Shown here one piece after another: positions 37,122-47,669 of a DNA stretch of 64,000 bases (positions are counted from its first letter, which is position 1; each line of letters begins with the position of its first letter). The stretch is from positions 96,001 to 160,000 of the forward strand of contig JBBRSP010000003.1 of NCBI GenBank assembly GCA_038245295.1, in the 5' to 3' direction. Under the pieces are notes generated by a model. It did not search any database and was not told the DNA's origin. It was given only the letters and a program-made list of their open reading frames with translations. Position numbers and translations under genes: made by a program. Source of the stretch: Candidatus Binatia bacterium. GTDB taxonomy: Bacteria; Desulfobacterota; Binatia; HRBIN30.

Positions 37122-37472
37122 ATGCGGTGCCGCTACTGTGGCGATCGGGCTGGTTGGCTGCGGCGCCAGTGCGGGGACTGCCGTCGTCTCTTGGGGGTGG
37201 CCAGCGAGCATCGCGGTGCCGACATGGTGAGCTTGGCCGCAGCGTTCCAGGCGACTGGCATAGCGTCGGATCGTATCGATCGCTTTCTCGATGCGGATCC
37301 ACTTGGTTCGGGAAGTGTGCGCGACCAAATCGCGGCGGACACCGCAAACGTACTCTTGGAGGCTCTCGGCAGTCGCAAACGCCACACGGCGCAAGATATT
37401 GCCAAGCTACGGGCCAAGGGATCCTGGCGGTCGATGGATCGACGCCCGGAGGAGCCACCCGGGGATGAGTGA
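37122..37472 (+). CDS. Hypothetical protein with N-terminal zinc ribbon
   Basis: MRCRYCG...QCGDC. Confidence 0.7.
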   Translation: MRCRYCGDRAGWLRRQCGDCRRLLGVASEHRGADMVSLAAAFQATGIASDRIDRFLDADPLGSGSVRDQIAADTANVLLEALGSRKRHTAQDIAKLRAKGSWRSMDRRPEEPPGDE

Positions 37473-37518
37473 TTGTCTTTGACTGCGTCGCGCTTGCGTC
37501 CTATGATCCGCGCGGTCG

Positions 37519-37692
37519 ATGAATTCACTCAAGAAATTTATCATAGGGTTCGCCGCTGGCATTGGCATCGCGTACTGGTACTTGCACTATTACGACGTAA
37601 GCCGAGAAGACACGACTCGATGGTTCAGCGGAACCGCATCCAACTACCGCAGCGACAAGCACAAGAGCTTGGCCGACGAAGCGGCTCGCTGA
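37519..37692 (+). CDS. Small 57-aa membrane protein (absent from the ORF track)
   Basis: Hand translation: MNSLKKFIIGFAAGIGIAYWYLHYYDVSREDTTRWFSGTASNYRSDKHKSLADEAAR. It fills the gap between co-oriented genes. Confidence 0.7.
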   Translation: MNSLKKFIIGFAAGIGIAYWYLHYYDVSREDTTRWFSGTASNYRSDKHKSLADEAAR

Positions 37693-37715
37693 GTCGACCC
37701 TCCTGACGAAATTCT

Positions 37716-38909
37716 ATGCTTAAGGCGCTCGACGATGTGCGCGTGGTGGATCTTACCCGCGTGGTGGCTGGACCGTATGCGACCCAATTGCTCGGGGACA
37801 TGGGTGCCGACATCATTAAGGTGGAACTGCCAGGTCGGGGTGACGATGGTCGGCATGGTTACCCCTCGGTGGATGACGTACCGATTGCCTTTCTGGCTTT
37901 GAACCGGAACAAGCGTGGAATAACACTCGATATCCGCAAACCTCAGGGCCAGGAGATCCTGCGCAAACTGGTGGCGAATGCAGACGTGGTCATTGAAAAT
38001 TTTGCGGCGGGCACCATGGACCGATGGGGAGTGGGTTACTCGGCGTTATCGGCGGTAAATCCGAAGCTCGTGTATGCGGCGCTGTCGGGGTTTGGACAAA
38101 CAGGCCCCTACGCGAATCGAACCTCCTATGACATCATCGCACAAGCGATGGGCGGGCTGATGGGCATCACGGGCTTTGCCGATGGCCCACCGACTCGCGG
38201 CGGTGGCGCGCTGGGTGACTTCATCGGCGGCATCTTTGCGGCGTACGGTGTCCTTTGTGCGCTTCACTTTCGCAGCCGGAGCGGGCGCGGTCAGTTAGTT
38301 GATATCTCAAATATGGACGCGATCCTGTCGATGACCGATAACTGGCCGACGGTATTCGGAGTCACCGGCCGTGAACCACAGCGCATGGGCAACCGTCATC
38401 CCTTTACGGCGCCCTACGATTGCTTCCACGCCAAGGACGGATGGGTCGTCGTTGGAGTCGGCAACAGCGCCCTGTTTCGCACGCTGATGACGGCGATCGG
38501 CAAAGAAGAGCTGGGTCGAGATCCGCGCTACAAGTCGCCGCCGGCGCGCCTTGAACGACACGACGAGGTCAATCGACTCGTCGGCGATTGGGTGGCGGAG
38601 CGCGACGTCGCTGAAGTCATGCGCATCCTGGGGCCCGAGGGTGCCAATATTCCTTGCGCGCCCGTGATGACGGTCGACCGGTTGATGGACGATCCGCACG
38701 TGCGTTCGCGCCGAATGATCGTCGATCTGCATCACCCGCGTCTCGGCAAGATCCCGGTAACCGGTAGTCCTTTTCATCTCTCGGAGACGCCGGGTCGGGT
38801 CGAACGACTGGGGCCTGACCTGGGCCAAGACAATCGACAAGTGTATCAGGAGTTGTTGGGCCTGTCGGAGGCCGAGTTGGACGATCTGCGCGCGCAGGGT
38901 GTGATTTAG
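37716..38909 (+). CDS. Family III CoA-transferase (CaiB/BaiF)
   Basis: VVDLTRVVAGP, LNRNKRGITLD, ADVVIENF, GFGQTGP and SYDIIAQA. Confidence 0.95.
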   Translation: MLKALDDVRVVDLTRVVAGPYATQLLGDMGADIIKVELPGRGDDGRHGYPSVDDVPIAFLALNRNKRGITLDIRKPQGQEILRKLVANADVVIENFAAGTMDRWGVGYSALSAVNPKLVYAALSGFGQTGPYANRTSYDIIAQAMGGLMGITGFADGPPTRGGGALGDFIGGIFAAYGVLCALHFRSRSGRGQLVDISNMDAILSMTDNWPTVFGVTGREPQRMGNRHPFTAPYDCFHAKDGWVVVGVGNSALFRTLMTAIGKEELGRDPRYKSPPARLERHDEVNRLVGDWVAERDVAEVMRILGPEGANIPCAPVMTVDRLMDDPHVRSRRMIVDLHHPRLGKIPVTGSPFHLSETPGRVERLGPDLGQDNRQVYQELLGLSEAELDDLRAQGVI

Positions 38910-38918
38910 GAGGGTGGC

Positions 38919-39389
38919 ATGGAACTACCGATTATCCAAAAGCTCAAGAAGGACCTCGCCGAGCTGATGCATGAGTTCACCCACAAGATCCCCAAGGATT
39001 TGCAGGAGGCGGCAAGTCACGGTGATTTGAGCGAAAATGCCGAGTACGAGGCCGCAAAGAATCGCCAAGATTTCGTGCGGGCGCGGATCGCTCAGATGCA
39101 AAGTCGCATCCGAGACCTGTCGTTGTATAATCTGCAGTCGATTCCCGAAGGGGTCGTCGCTTACGGCAGCAAGGTGACTGTCGAAGTCGACGGAGGCGAA
39201 CAACAGGTCTACGAGATCGTTTTCCCCGAGGAGGTCAATGCTGCGATTGGTCTCATCTCGGTCAGCTCGCCGATCGGCCGGGCGTTGATCAACAAGGCGG
39301 TTGGGGACGACGTCGAAGTCCAGACGCCGCGTGGCAAACGTCAGTACACGGTCACCGAGGTGATCACCATCCATCAGCGTAATCTTTAG
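38919..39389 (+). CDS. greA: Transcription elongation factor GreA
   Basis: HGDLSENAEYEAAK and ISVSSPIGRALI. Confidence 0.93.
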   Translation: MELPIIQKLKKDLAELMHEFTHKIPKDLQEAASHGDLSENAEYEAAKNRQDFVRARIAQMQSRIRDLSLYNLQSIPEGVVAYGSKVTVEVDGGEQQVYEIVFPEEVNAAIGLISVSSPIGRALINKAVGDDVEVQTPRGKRQYTVTEVITIHQRNL

Positions 39390-39497
39390 CGAGAGCCGAA
39401 AGCGTTCAGTATCGCGCAACCGTCCAACATCGGACGCTTACCTTGCGACGGGCTAGCGGCGTGTGCTAGACCCCACAGGGTTCCCAGGCCTCTAGGG

Positions 39498-39525
39498 AAG
39501 GTGGGCCTTTCAGCCCACTTTTTTT
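39498..39525 (+). terminator. rimP leader attenuator hairpin
   Basis: GTGGGC-ctttca-GCCCAC followed by T7, immediately upstream of rimP. Confidence 0.8.
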
Positions 39526-39536
39526 GTTTGGTGAAG

Positions 39537-40007
39537 ATGCACGAAAGCGTAGTTCAGCAGGTTTGGCACTTGGCAGAGTCCTTGGCCAGCCAAGAAGGCG
39601 TGGAGATCGTGGACGTTGAGTTCCGGCGTGAGAACCGGGGGACGGTGCTGCGCCTTTATATTGATAAGGCTGGTGGCGTGACGCTCGACGAGCTGGGTCG
39701 GACTAGCCGACAGCTCGGCGATATTCTCGACGCCAACGACACCGTTCCGGGGAAATACACTCTGGAGGTATCATCGCCGGGTATCTATCGCCGATTACGG
39801 CGACCGGAGCACTTTGCCCGCTTCATGGGGAAGCGTGTTCGAGTTCGCGCCACGATGCCGATTGAAGGGCGGCGCAGCTTTCTTGGGACTCTGACCGCGG
39901 TCGACGCAGAGGCGGTCGAGGTTTCCGAGGCGACGGGATCGTACCGCATTCGATATGCGGACATCGCGCAGGCCAACTACGAGCCCGAAGACATCGGAGA
40001 GGCGTGA
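39537..40007 (+). CDS. rimP: Ribosome maturation factor RimP
   Basis: LRLYIDKAGGVTLD and YTLEVSSPG; lies before nusA. Confidence 0.95.
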   Translation: MHESVVQQVWHLAESLASQEGVEIVDVEFRRENRGTVLRLYIDKAGGVTLDELGRTSRQLGDILDANDTVPGKYTLEVSSPGIYRRLRRPEHFARFMGKRVRVRATMPIEGRRSFLGTLTAVDAEAVEVSEATGSYRIRYADIAQANYEPEDIGEA

Positions 40008-40016
40008 GGTGAGGGT

Positions 40017-41363
40017 ATGCAGCCAGAACTCAGCCGTGTGATCGAACAGGTCAGCAAGGAAAAGGGAATCGATAGAGCCACCGTAGTCGGCGCCGTCGAA
40101 GCGGCGATGTTGTCGGCGGCGCGTAAGGTGGTCGGTGCGACGACCCGACTGGAAGCGAAGTACAACGCCGACATTGGCGAGGTGGAGCTTTTCAAGATCC
40201 TGACGGTGGTCGAACATGTCACCGACCCCGAAGTGGAAATTACGATCGAAGCGGCACATGCCAATCTCGACCCCGAAGCGGAGCTCGGTGACGAGCTACT
40301 TGAGAAGCTCGACCAACGCTACGGGCGTATCGCTGCGCAAGCCGCAAAGCAGAATTTGATTCAGCGATTGCGCGATGCCGAGCGCGACATCATCTACAAC
40401 GAGTTCAAGGACCGCAAAGGCGAGATCACCCACTCGGGGATCGTGCAACGGTTCGAGAAGAAGAACATTATCGTCAACCTTGGCCGAACGGACGCGATTC
40501 TTCCTGAGAAGGAACAGATTCCGCGTGAGCGCTACCGGCAAGGCGATCGGATTCGAGCCTTCATCCTCGATGTCGAAATGACCAGTAAGGGGCCGCAAAT
40601 CGTTTTGTCGCGGACCCATCCTGGCTTTTTGATGAAGCTCTTCGAGCAGGAAGTGCCTGAAGTCTACGAAGGCATCGTCGAAATCAAAGGCGCGGCGCGC
40701 GAACCAGGCGGTCGCGCCAAGATTGCCGTTGTGTCCAACGACCCCGATGTCGATCCGGTGGGCGCCTGCGTCGGCATGAAGGGAACGCGCGTTCAGTCCG
40801 TGGTCCAGGAATTGCGCGGTGAGAAGATCGATATCGTCCATTGGACGGCGGATCCGGCCGAGTTTGTCTGTCGAGCGCTCGCGCCGGCCAAGGTAACAAA
40901 GATCATCATGGACGAGGACGAGCGGGCGATGGAAGTCATCGTGCCTGACGACCAGCTGTCACTGGCGATCGGTCGCAAGGGGCAAAACGTTCGCTTGGCC
41001 TCGCGCCTGACGAATTTCAAGCTTGATGCGCGTAGCGAATCCGAGGCCGAGGACGAGGCGCGTAGCGCCCGTGCGTCGCTCACGGCGGTGCCTGGCATCG
41101 GCGATGTGACGGCGGAGCTGCTTTATCAAAACGGCTTCAAGTCACCGGAAGAAGTGTCGCAAGCCGACGAGTCGACGCTTGGCGAAATCGAAGGAATCTC
41201 TCCCGACAAGGTTTCCACGATTCTCAAGGCGGTGCGCGCTTATCTTGAAGCTCCTCCGGCCGTCGAGGCTGAGGCAACGGAAGCGGCGGAGGATTCTCCA
41301 GCCGTGGACGTCAGCAGCGAGACGCCCGCCACAGAGTCGGTTAAGGAAGGCGAGGCATCGTGA
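40017..41363 (+). CDS. nusA: Transcription termination factor NusA
   Basis: [44 protein letters not shown], and a C-terminal HhH. Confidence 0.97.
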   Translation: MQPELSRVIEQVSKEKGIDRATVVGAVEAAMLSAARKVVGATTRLEAKYNADIGEVELFKILTVVEHVTDPEVEITIEAAHANLDPEAELGDELLEKLDQRYGRIAAQAAKQNLIQRLRDAERDIIYNEFKDRKGEITHSGIVQRFEKKNIIVNLGRTDAILPEKEQIPRERYRQGDRIRAFILDVEMTSKGPQIVLSRTHPGFLMKLFEQEVPEVYEGIVEIKGAAREPGGRAKIAVVSNDPDVDPVGACVGMKGTRVQSVVQELRGEKIDIVHWTADPAEFVCRALAPAKVTKIIMDEDERAMEVIVPDDQLSLAIGRKGQNVRLASRLTNFKLDARSESEAEDEARSARASLTAVPGIGDVTAELLYQNGFKSPEEVSQADESTLGEIEGISPDKVSTILKAVRAYLEAPPAVEAEATEAAEDSPAVDVSSETPATESVKEGEAS

Positions 41364-41644
41364 GTCACTCGCCTACGCCCGTCCGCACATGCGTTGGCTG
41401 CGGCGATCGTTCGCCCCAAGCCGCGCTGCTGCGACTTCGTCTTTCTACCGACGGCGCCCTGCGCCTGGCGGCACGGCGAGATCAGGGTGGGCGGTCGGCA
41501 TACTTGCATAGAGCCGAGAGCTGCTGGGAAAAATTTGCAAAGCGCAAAGGGCCACTGCGGTCCTTGCGGAGTTCGGTTGATCGCGGAGTGCGCGCCGCGT
41601 TTGTGTGCGGGCTACAAGACGGGAAGTTTCTGTCATTGAGGTGA
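41360..41644 (+). CDS. ylxR: YlxR (DUF448) family protein
   Basis: PVRTCVGC...GRSAYL; lies between nusA and infB. Confidence 0.88.
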   Translation: MSHSPTPVRTCVGCGDRSPQAALLRLRLSTDGALRLAARRDQGGRSAYLHRAESCWEKFAKRKGPLRSLRSSVDRGVRAAFVCGLQDGKFLSLR

Positions 41645-41652
41645 GTTTGGGG

Positions 41653-44412
41653 ATGTTGCGTAAACGTGTAAACGAGTTGGCCAAAGAGTGGGGCCTCGAC
41701 CCGAAAGATGTCGTGGCTCGTCTCGAGCGCGCCGGCGTGAAGGGCAAGAAACCCCAGAGCACCTTGACGGACGAGGAAATCGACCGCGCGAAGGGCGAAC
41801 TTGGCCTAGTGGACAAGCCGTCGATCGCTGTGGGCGATGAACGGTTGGTGACCGGCAGCGAGGGCCAAACGGTGCTCGAGAAGCGCGTTGGCACCGGTGT
41901 CATCCGACGTCGTGCCGCGGCTCGCGTGGATGCGCCGGCTAGCGATGCTCCCGTATTCGAGGCTCCTTCTACATCAGAGGCGACCTTCGAATCGTTTCCG
42001 CCCACCGAGGCACTCGACGATCTTGCCTTGCCAGTGGCGCCGGAACCTGAGCTGCCTGCACCCCCACATGAGGTGAAGGCCGCTCCGGTGGCTGCGAAAC
42101 CGCCTGCCCCAACGAAGCCTGAGCCGGTTGTCGTACGACCATCTTCGCCTCCAACACGAACTACCGTTATCGTACCGCGAGCCACCGAGGCACCGCGCCC
42201 GCATATCTACCAGCGTCCAAACGCTCCGCCGCCGCGGGCCGCGTTGCCGACCACGGGAACCCAGTCGCCGGCTTCGACGCCGGACGCGCCGCGCGGACCG
42301 CGTATCTTGGGGCGCATCGATCTCAGCAAGATTAAACCACCGGCACCTGCCCCGGCTCCGGCTCAGCGCCCGGGAGTTGCGGCCCGTGGGCCGGCACGAC
42401 CCGCCGCTGGGCCACGAGATGTCAACGAACTCATCCCCCCGCCGCCTCCCGGAGAAGGGGACCGGCCGCGCAAGAAGAAGCGTCGCGTCATCAACAAGCC
42501 GGAAACCGGCGAGCCGTCCGAGTCGGATCGTCGGCGCGGTAAGTTGCCGCGCAAGAAGCGCGTGCTTCCTGGTAAGGAGCTGCGCAAGACGGAGATTACG
42601 GTGCCGCGGGCCAGCAAGCGCGTGGTTCGCATCTCCGAAGTGATCACCGTCGGCGAACTGGCGAAGGCGATGGGTGCCAAGGCAGGCGAGGTCGTCAAGA
42701 AGTTGATGGATGCCGGCATGATGGCAACCATCAACCAGGTTCTCGATCTCGACACCGCCACACTGATCGCGTCCGAGTTCGAGTACAACATCGAAAACGT
42801 CGCCTTCAACGCCGATACTGCCCTCGAAGAAGGGCACGAGCAGCCGCAGGACGACCACCTCGTACCACGCTCGCCAGTGGTGACGATCATGGGCCATGTT
42901 GATCATGGCAAAACCTCGCTCCTGGATGCCATTCGCAAGACCAACGTAACCGAGCAAGAAGCCGGCGGAATCACGCAACACATCGGCGCCTATCAGGTAG
43001 AGGTGCACGGTCGTTCGGTGACGTTCCTGGATACCCCAGGCCATGAGGCGTTCACCGCCATGCGCGCTCGCGGTGCCAAGGTGACCGATATCGTCGTGCT
43101 GGTGGTTGCGGCGGACGATGGCGTGATGCCGCAAACGGCGGAAGCCATCAATCACGCGCGTGCCGCCGAGGTGCCGATCATCGTCGCGATCAACAAGATC
43201 GACAAGCCCGACGCCAACCTCGAACGCACGCGCCAGAGTCTCTCCGAATACGGTCTAGTAAGCGAAGAGTGGGGTGGTGACACCACAGTCGTGCCGGTTT
43301 CCGCCAAAACTCAGGAGGGAATCCCTCAACTCCTCGACATGCTCTTGCTGCAGGCGGATGTGTTGGAGCTGAAGGCGAACCCGGACAAGTTGGCCCGCGG
43401 CACGATTGTCGAAGCCAAATTGGATCGTGGGCGGGGGCCTGTGGCTACCGTGCTCGTTCAAGAGGGGACGCTCAAGATCGGCGACCCATTCGTTTGTGGC
43501 GGTAACTACGGCCGTGTGCGCGCCATGATCGACGATAAGGGCAACAAGATCGACGTGGCTGGGCCGTCGACCCCGGTCGAAATTCTCGGCCTCCAAGGTG
43601 TGCCGGAGGCGGGTAGTCCGTTTGTTGCTGTGGCTGACGAGGCAACGGCGCGACAGGTCGCGGAACACCGGCGCGGCAAACAGCGCGAGGCCGAGCTGGT
43701 CAAGACCGCCAAGGTCTCCTTGGAGGACTTGTACAACCGCATCCAGGCGGGCGACGTCAAGGAACTGCGTGTCGTGCTCAAGGCTGACGTCCAGGGGTCC
43801 GTGGAAGCGATCAGTCAGGCACTCCTGCGCTTATCGGCGGATGAAGTCAGGCTGAACGTGCTGCACTCATCGGTTGGCGGTATCACCGAGAGTGACGTAC
43901 TCCTCGCCTCGGCATCGAACGCCATCGTCATCGGCTTCAACATTCGCCCGGAGTCGAAAGCCAACGCCGTAGCGGAACGCGAAGGCGTTGAGATCCGTCT
44001 CTACACGATCATCTATGACGCCGTGAACGAAATTCGCGAAGCCATGGAAGGCCTCCTGGAGCCGATGTTCAAGGAGAAAACGGTTGGGCGAGCCGAAGTC
44101 CGCCAGGTTTTCACCGTTCCGAGCGTTGGTCTGGTTGCGGGGTCCTTTGTCATCGACGGCAAGATTACCCGCAATGGGCCAGTACGATTGGTACGCGACC
44201 ACGTCGTCGTCTACACCGGCAAGTTGACCAGCCTGCGTCGATTCAAAGAAGACGCTCGCGAAGTCTCGTCCGGCTACGAATGCGGCATCGGCCTGGAAAA
44301 CTATCAGGACGTGAAGGTTGGCGACGTAGTCGAGGCGTTCGAACTCGAACGCGTCGTCCGGCGCCTGACGCAGACGGCCACCAAAGGCGCCGGAGCCGAG
44401 CGCCGCGCCTAA
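41653..44412 (+). CDS. infB: Translation initiation factor IF-2
   Basis: [30 protein letters not shown] and NKID. Confidence 0.98.
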   Translation: MLRKRVNELAKEWGLDPKDVVARLERAGVKGKKPQSTLTDEEIDRAKGELGLVDKPSIAVGDERLVTGSEGQTVLEKRVGTGVIRRRAAARVDAPASDAPVFEAPSTSEATFESFPPTEALDDLALPVAPEPELPAPPHEVKAAPVAAKPPAPTKPEPVVVRPSSPPTRTTVIVPRATEAPRPHIYQRPNAPPPRAALPTTGTQSPASTPDAPRGPRILGRIDLSKIKPPAPAPAPAQRPGVAARGPARPAAGPRDVNELIPPPPPGEGDRPRKKKRRVINKPETGEPSESDRRRGKLPRKKRVLPGKELRKTEITVPRASKRVVRISEVITVGELAKAMGAKAGEVVKKLMDAGMMATINQVLDLDTATLIASEFEYNIENVAFNADTALEEGHEQPQDDHLVPRSPVVTIMGHVDHGKTSLLDAIRKTNVTEQEAGGITQHIGAYQVEVHGRSVTFLDTPGHEAFTAMRARGAKVTDIVVLVVAADDGVMPQTAEAINHARAAEVPIIVAINKIDKPDANLERTRQSLSEYGLVSEEWGGDTTVVPVSAKTQEGIPQLLDMLLLQADVLELKANPDKLARGTIVEAKLDRGRGPVATVLVQEGTLKIGDPFVCGGNYGRVRAMIDDKGNKIDVAGPSTPVEILGLQGVPEAGSPFVAVADEATARQVAEHRRGKQREAELVKTAKVSLEDLYNRIQAGDVKELRVVLKADVQGSVEAISQALLRLSADEVRLNVLHSSVGGITESDVLLASASNAIVIGFNIRPESKANAVAEREGVEIRLYTIIYDAVNEIREAMEGLLEPMFKEKTVGRAEVRQVFTVPSVGLVAGSFVIDGKITRNGPVRLVRDHVVVYTGKLTSLRRFKEDAREVSSGYECGIGLENYQDVKVGDVVEAFELERVVRRLTQTATKGAGAERRA

Positions 44413-44415
44413 CCC

Positions 44416-44724
44416 GTGGTTTTCAAAGACAGCGCCGTGGTCGTAGGCGTTCTCAGGTTGACGCTCTACCTGCCGGAGAATCATTCCCTCAAAGGCAAGC
44501 GCGGAGTACTAAACAAGATAAAGTCGCGTGTCGCGAATACATTCAACGTGTCGGTCGTCGAGTGTGACGCGCACGACATGTGGCAACGGGCGGTGCTTGG
44601 AGTTGCTCGCCTCGGCACGGAAGTGGGAGATGTCGACGGTGCGCTGCGACAGGTGGTTCGCTTCGTCGAAGACATGCAGGTCGCTGAAGTCGGCGAAGAT
44701 TCGATCGAGATCCTCCACTGCTGA
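44416..44724 (+). CDS. DUF503 (YlxP) family protein
   Basis: HSLKGKRGV...FNVSVVE...WQRAVLG; lies between infB and rbfA. Confidence 0.9.
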   Translation: MVFKDSAVVVGVLRLTLYLPENHSLKGKRGVLNKIKSRVANTFNVSVVECDAHDMWQRAVLGVARLGTEVGDVDGALRQVVRFVEDMQVAEVGEDSIEILHC

Positions 44725-44739
44725 TAACAAGGGTGCACG

Positions 44740-45093
44740 ATGAGCAGCCGCCGATCAGAACGAGTCAGCGAGTCAATCCGTGATGCGATTGCCGCCATGC
44801 TCCTACGCGAGGTCAAGGATCCGCGCGTAGGCATGGTCAGCGTTACACGTGTCGTTTTGAGCGATGACTTGAGACAAGCACGCGTCTATTTCAGTTTGGT
44901 CGGCGATCAGGACGCGATTGATCGGTCGATTGCCGGAATGCGAAGTGCGAGCGGCTTCATGCGCAGTCAGTTGGTGCGACGTCTGCAATTGCGGTACGCC
45001 CCGGAACTGACATTCGTGTTTGATCCGTCCCTGGCTGAGTCGATTCATCTCTCGACACTATTGCGTCCAAACGACGATCCGGACGACGAATGA
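44740..45093 (+). CDS. rbfA: Ribosome-binding factor A
   Basis: VKDPR, LSDDLRQARVYFS and LRYAPELTF. Confidence 0.95.
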   Translation: MSSRRSERVSESIRDAIAAMLLREVKDPRVGMVSVTRVVLSDDLRQARVYFSLVGDQDAIDRSIAGMRSASGFMRSQLVRRLQLRYAPELTFVFDPSLAESIHLSTLLRPNDDPDDE

Positions 45094-45968
45094 ACGGCAT
45101 ACTCGTCGTCGACAAACCGAAGGACCTGACTTCGGCCGATGTTGTTCGTGTCGTTAAACGGCGCTTCCATTGCAAGACCGGACATCTCGGCACACTTGAC
45201 CCTTTTGCGACCGGGTTGCTGCCCATTTGCGTCGGCGAAGGTACAAAGATTGCGCAGTTCTTGAACGACGCCGACAAGGAGTACGCGGGGATCGTACAGC
45301 TCGGCAGCCAAACCGATACCGGAGATCCGACCGGCACGGTGATTCGCGAGGCCGGCGTTCCATCAATCTCCGAAGAGCAACTGGCCGAGTTGGCACGCAC
45401 GCTGGTCGGACCACAGCTGCAAACACCGCCGATGTATTCAGCGGTGAAACAGCAAGGCACGCCCCTTTACAAGTTGGCGCGCCAGGGAGTCGAGGTCGAA
45501 CGCCAGGCGCGCCCGATCTCAATCCTTAGCCTTGAGCTGCATCGCGACGGGCCGACCACGGTGTCGATCCGGGTCGCCTGTTCGAAGGGGACCTATGTGC
45601 GTGTTCTGGCCGAGGAGATTGCGAATCGCCTTGGAACCGTAGGGCATCTCCAATCGTTGCGTCGGACACGCTTCGGACGTTTCAGCGAGTCCATGGCCGT
45701 TACATTATCCGAAGTCGAAAAGGGGGATGTGACGCCGATCGGTTTGCGCGCCGCGCTCGACCATCTCGAGGAGGTGGTGCTCGACTCGAACGCGGCCCGA
45801 CAGGCGCGACACGGCTTCCAACCGTTGCTAAGCTCACTGCCGCTGATGGCAAGAGAAGGTGCCGTAAGACTTGTGGCTCCCGATGGCGCGCTGGCAGCCA
45901 TCATCGCCGCCGACCGCGCCTCGTGGCGGTTCTTGCGGGTTTTTCCGTCGCTTGAAGCCGCAGCCTGA
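45090..45968 (+). CDS. truB: tRNA pseudouridine(55) synthase
   Basis: GHLGTLDPFATGLL, PPMYSAVK and CSKGTYVR. Confidence 0.97.
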   Translation: MNGILVVDKPKDLTSADVVRVVKRRFHCKTGHLGTLDPFATGLLPICVGEGTKIAQFLNDADKEYAGIVQLGSQTDTGDPTGTVIREAGVPSISEEQLAELARTLVGPQLQTPPMYSAVKQQGTPLYKLARQGVEVERQARPISILSLELHRDGPTTVSIRVACSKGTYVRVLAEEIANRLGTVGHLQSLRRTRFGRFSESMAVTLSEVEKGDVTPIGLRAALDHLEEVVLDSNAARQARHGFQPLLSSLPLMAREGAVRLVAPDGALAAIIAADRASWRFLRVFPSLEAAA

Positions 45969-46027
45969 CTCTTGCGGGGACGGCGTCGTGCTGGCAAGAA
46001 AAACCGCGAACCAATGTGATCAAATCG

Positions 46028-47224
46028 ATGCTTGAACATCAAAAGCGATCGATCCCCGTCGGGATCCTGGCTGCAGCTGGAGTTTGGCTCAGCATCCTTA
46101 CTCAGCGCATTCATCAGCAATTGCGGACGTCTTCGGGCTTCCTGCCAAGCTGCGATATGAATGATCGGGTCAGCTGCTCGACGGTGCTCGGCAGCCCAGC
46201 CGCAGAAATGTTCGGGGTCTCGGTGTCGATATGGTCGCTGTGTTTCTACCTAGGCGTGGTGGCCCTGGTGATCACGATCTGCTTGTCTCGAAGCGCGCGC
46301 TTGCGTGGGCTCCTGACCACGACGCTGTTGCTGATGTCGCTATGGTCGGTCGCCTTTTCCGGGTACATGGCCGGCATCGCGATCCTGCAGATTCAGGCAA
46401 TCTGTCTCATGTGCAGCGGGCTGTACCTCGTTGCCGTCGGACTTTTCGCGTCGACGTGGTGGTTGCGACGGGCGACAACGGTCTCCGCCGTAGAGGGTGA
46501 AGCTTCTGACCGTGTTGTCTTGATGATTGGCGCCGCCGTTGCCGTACTCCTCGTTGGATTTGTGGCGTTCGAGATATTTCGACCAGCGCCGCCTTCGGAG
46601 TCGGTCGAGAGCATTCAAGCGAACGATCGCGAGTTCTACGATTGGTTCGTGGCACGTCCGGGCATCGAGATGCCAACTACGGGCGGTAATCGGCGCGGCG
46701 CGGCTACGGCGGCCGTGCAGATCGTCGAGTTCTCGGATTTCGAGTGTGGTCACTGCAATGCGTTTCATCGCAGTCTTGACACCGTTCTCAGACGTATGAC
46801 GTCGGATGTGTCTGTCGTGTTCCATCACTTCCCTCTTGATGCCCATTGCAACCCGACGGTGAAGGATCCATTTCACGAGAACGCATGTCTAGCGGCTGTT
46901 GCGGCAGAATGCGCTGCTGAGCAGGGCAAGTTTTGGGAATACCATAATCAGCTGTTCGATAATCAAGCGCAGCTCGGTCGGACATTTCTGTTGAAGTACG
47001 CTGAGGACCTCGGACTAGAGATCGCGCGCTTTGGCGCATGCTTGAGCAGCCCGGAGGCGCGCAAACGCGTCGAGCAGGATGCGCAACTCGGCGCGCGTCT
47101 TGGAATCCGTTCAACCCCCACGGTTCTCATCAATGGTCGGCGCATCGAAGGCACACTCGATGCAAAACAATTGGCGCAAGCCATCGTTCTCGCCAAGGCT
47201 GAGCCGTCGCCGGCGAAGCCGTAA
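46028..47224 (+). CDS. VKOR-DsbA/thioredoxin fusion protein
   Basis: VKOR loop cysteines (SCDMNDRVSCSTVLGS), TM CLMC, then FSDFECGHC, HFPL and STPT. Confidence 0.9.
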   Translation: MLEHQKRSIPVGILAAAGVWLSILTQRIHQQLRTSSGFLPSCDMNDRVSCSTVLGSPAAEMFGVSVSIWSLCFYLGVVALVITICLSRSARLRGLLTTTLLLMSLWSVAFSGYMAGIAILQIQAICLMCSGLYLVAVGLFASTWWLRRATTVSAVEGEASDRVVLMIGAAVAVLLVGFVAFEIFRPAPPSESVESIQANDREFYDWFVARPGIEMPTTGGNRRGAATAAVQIVEFSDFECGHCNAFHRSLDTVLRRMTSDVSVVFHHFPLDAHCNPTVKDPFHENACLAAVAAECAAEQGKFWEYHNQLFDNQAQLGRTFLLKYAEDLGLEIARFGACLSSPEARKRVEQDAQLGARLGIRSTPTVLINGRRIEGTLDAKQLAQAIVLAKAEPSPAKP

Positions 47225-47598
47225 AACTCGGAGTCCGCGTTGGATTGAGCGAACTCAGCGAATTTTTTGGGGTTTCGTTAATCCTCGTCACGGCGCCGAA
47301 AATGGGCAGCCCGATTAGAGTATCGTGCCACGATATGATCGATGACGAGAATTAATTGAGAAGTCGCGGAACTACAACGAGACTGAAAAATTTGTTGACT
47401 GCGACAAGGCCGAACAGTACTCAGATCACCTCTCGCGGTTGTGTTTAAGGAACCCAATTTTTTGCCTCAGTTTGTGAAACTTGTCGGTTGGGCGTGCTGC
47501 TCTCCTGAGGGCGCAGGAGAACCGGGTCGCGTTGGGGAAGGTGTGTATTGCAGGGCGGAGGTTGGGAACGGACGGCGATTCGAGGGTGGGCACCCGGG

Positions 47599-47618
47599 TT
47601 ATCCCCTAGTGTGGATAG
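47599..47618. promoter_or_regulatory. Pair of imperfect inverted DnaA boxes upstream of dnaA
   Basis: TTATCCCCT (47599-47607, 2 mismatches to TTATCCACA) and TGTGGATAG (47610-47618, 1 mismatch). Confidence 0.55.
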
Positions 47619-47669
47619 TCAGCGCGCCTGGCCGACAGGGGTGTGGGTCGGATTGTCGGAGGGGTGGAG

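Noticed and set aside
37473..37706. 77-aa ORF from the track
   Set aside because: It has a TTG start and Arg-rich, non-protein-like composition; the overlapping frame 37519-37692 is more plausible.
47225..47669. oriC
   Set aside because: Only two imperfect DnaA boxes, no box cluster or clear unwinding repeats, and no dnaN or gyrB nearby. GC skew would be needed to call it.
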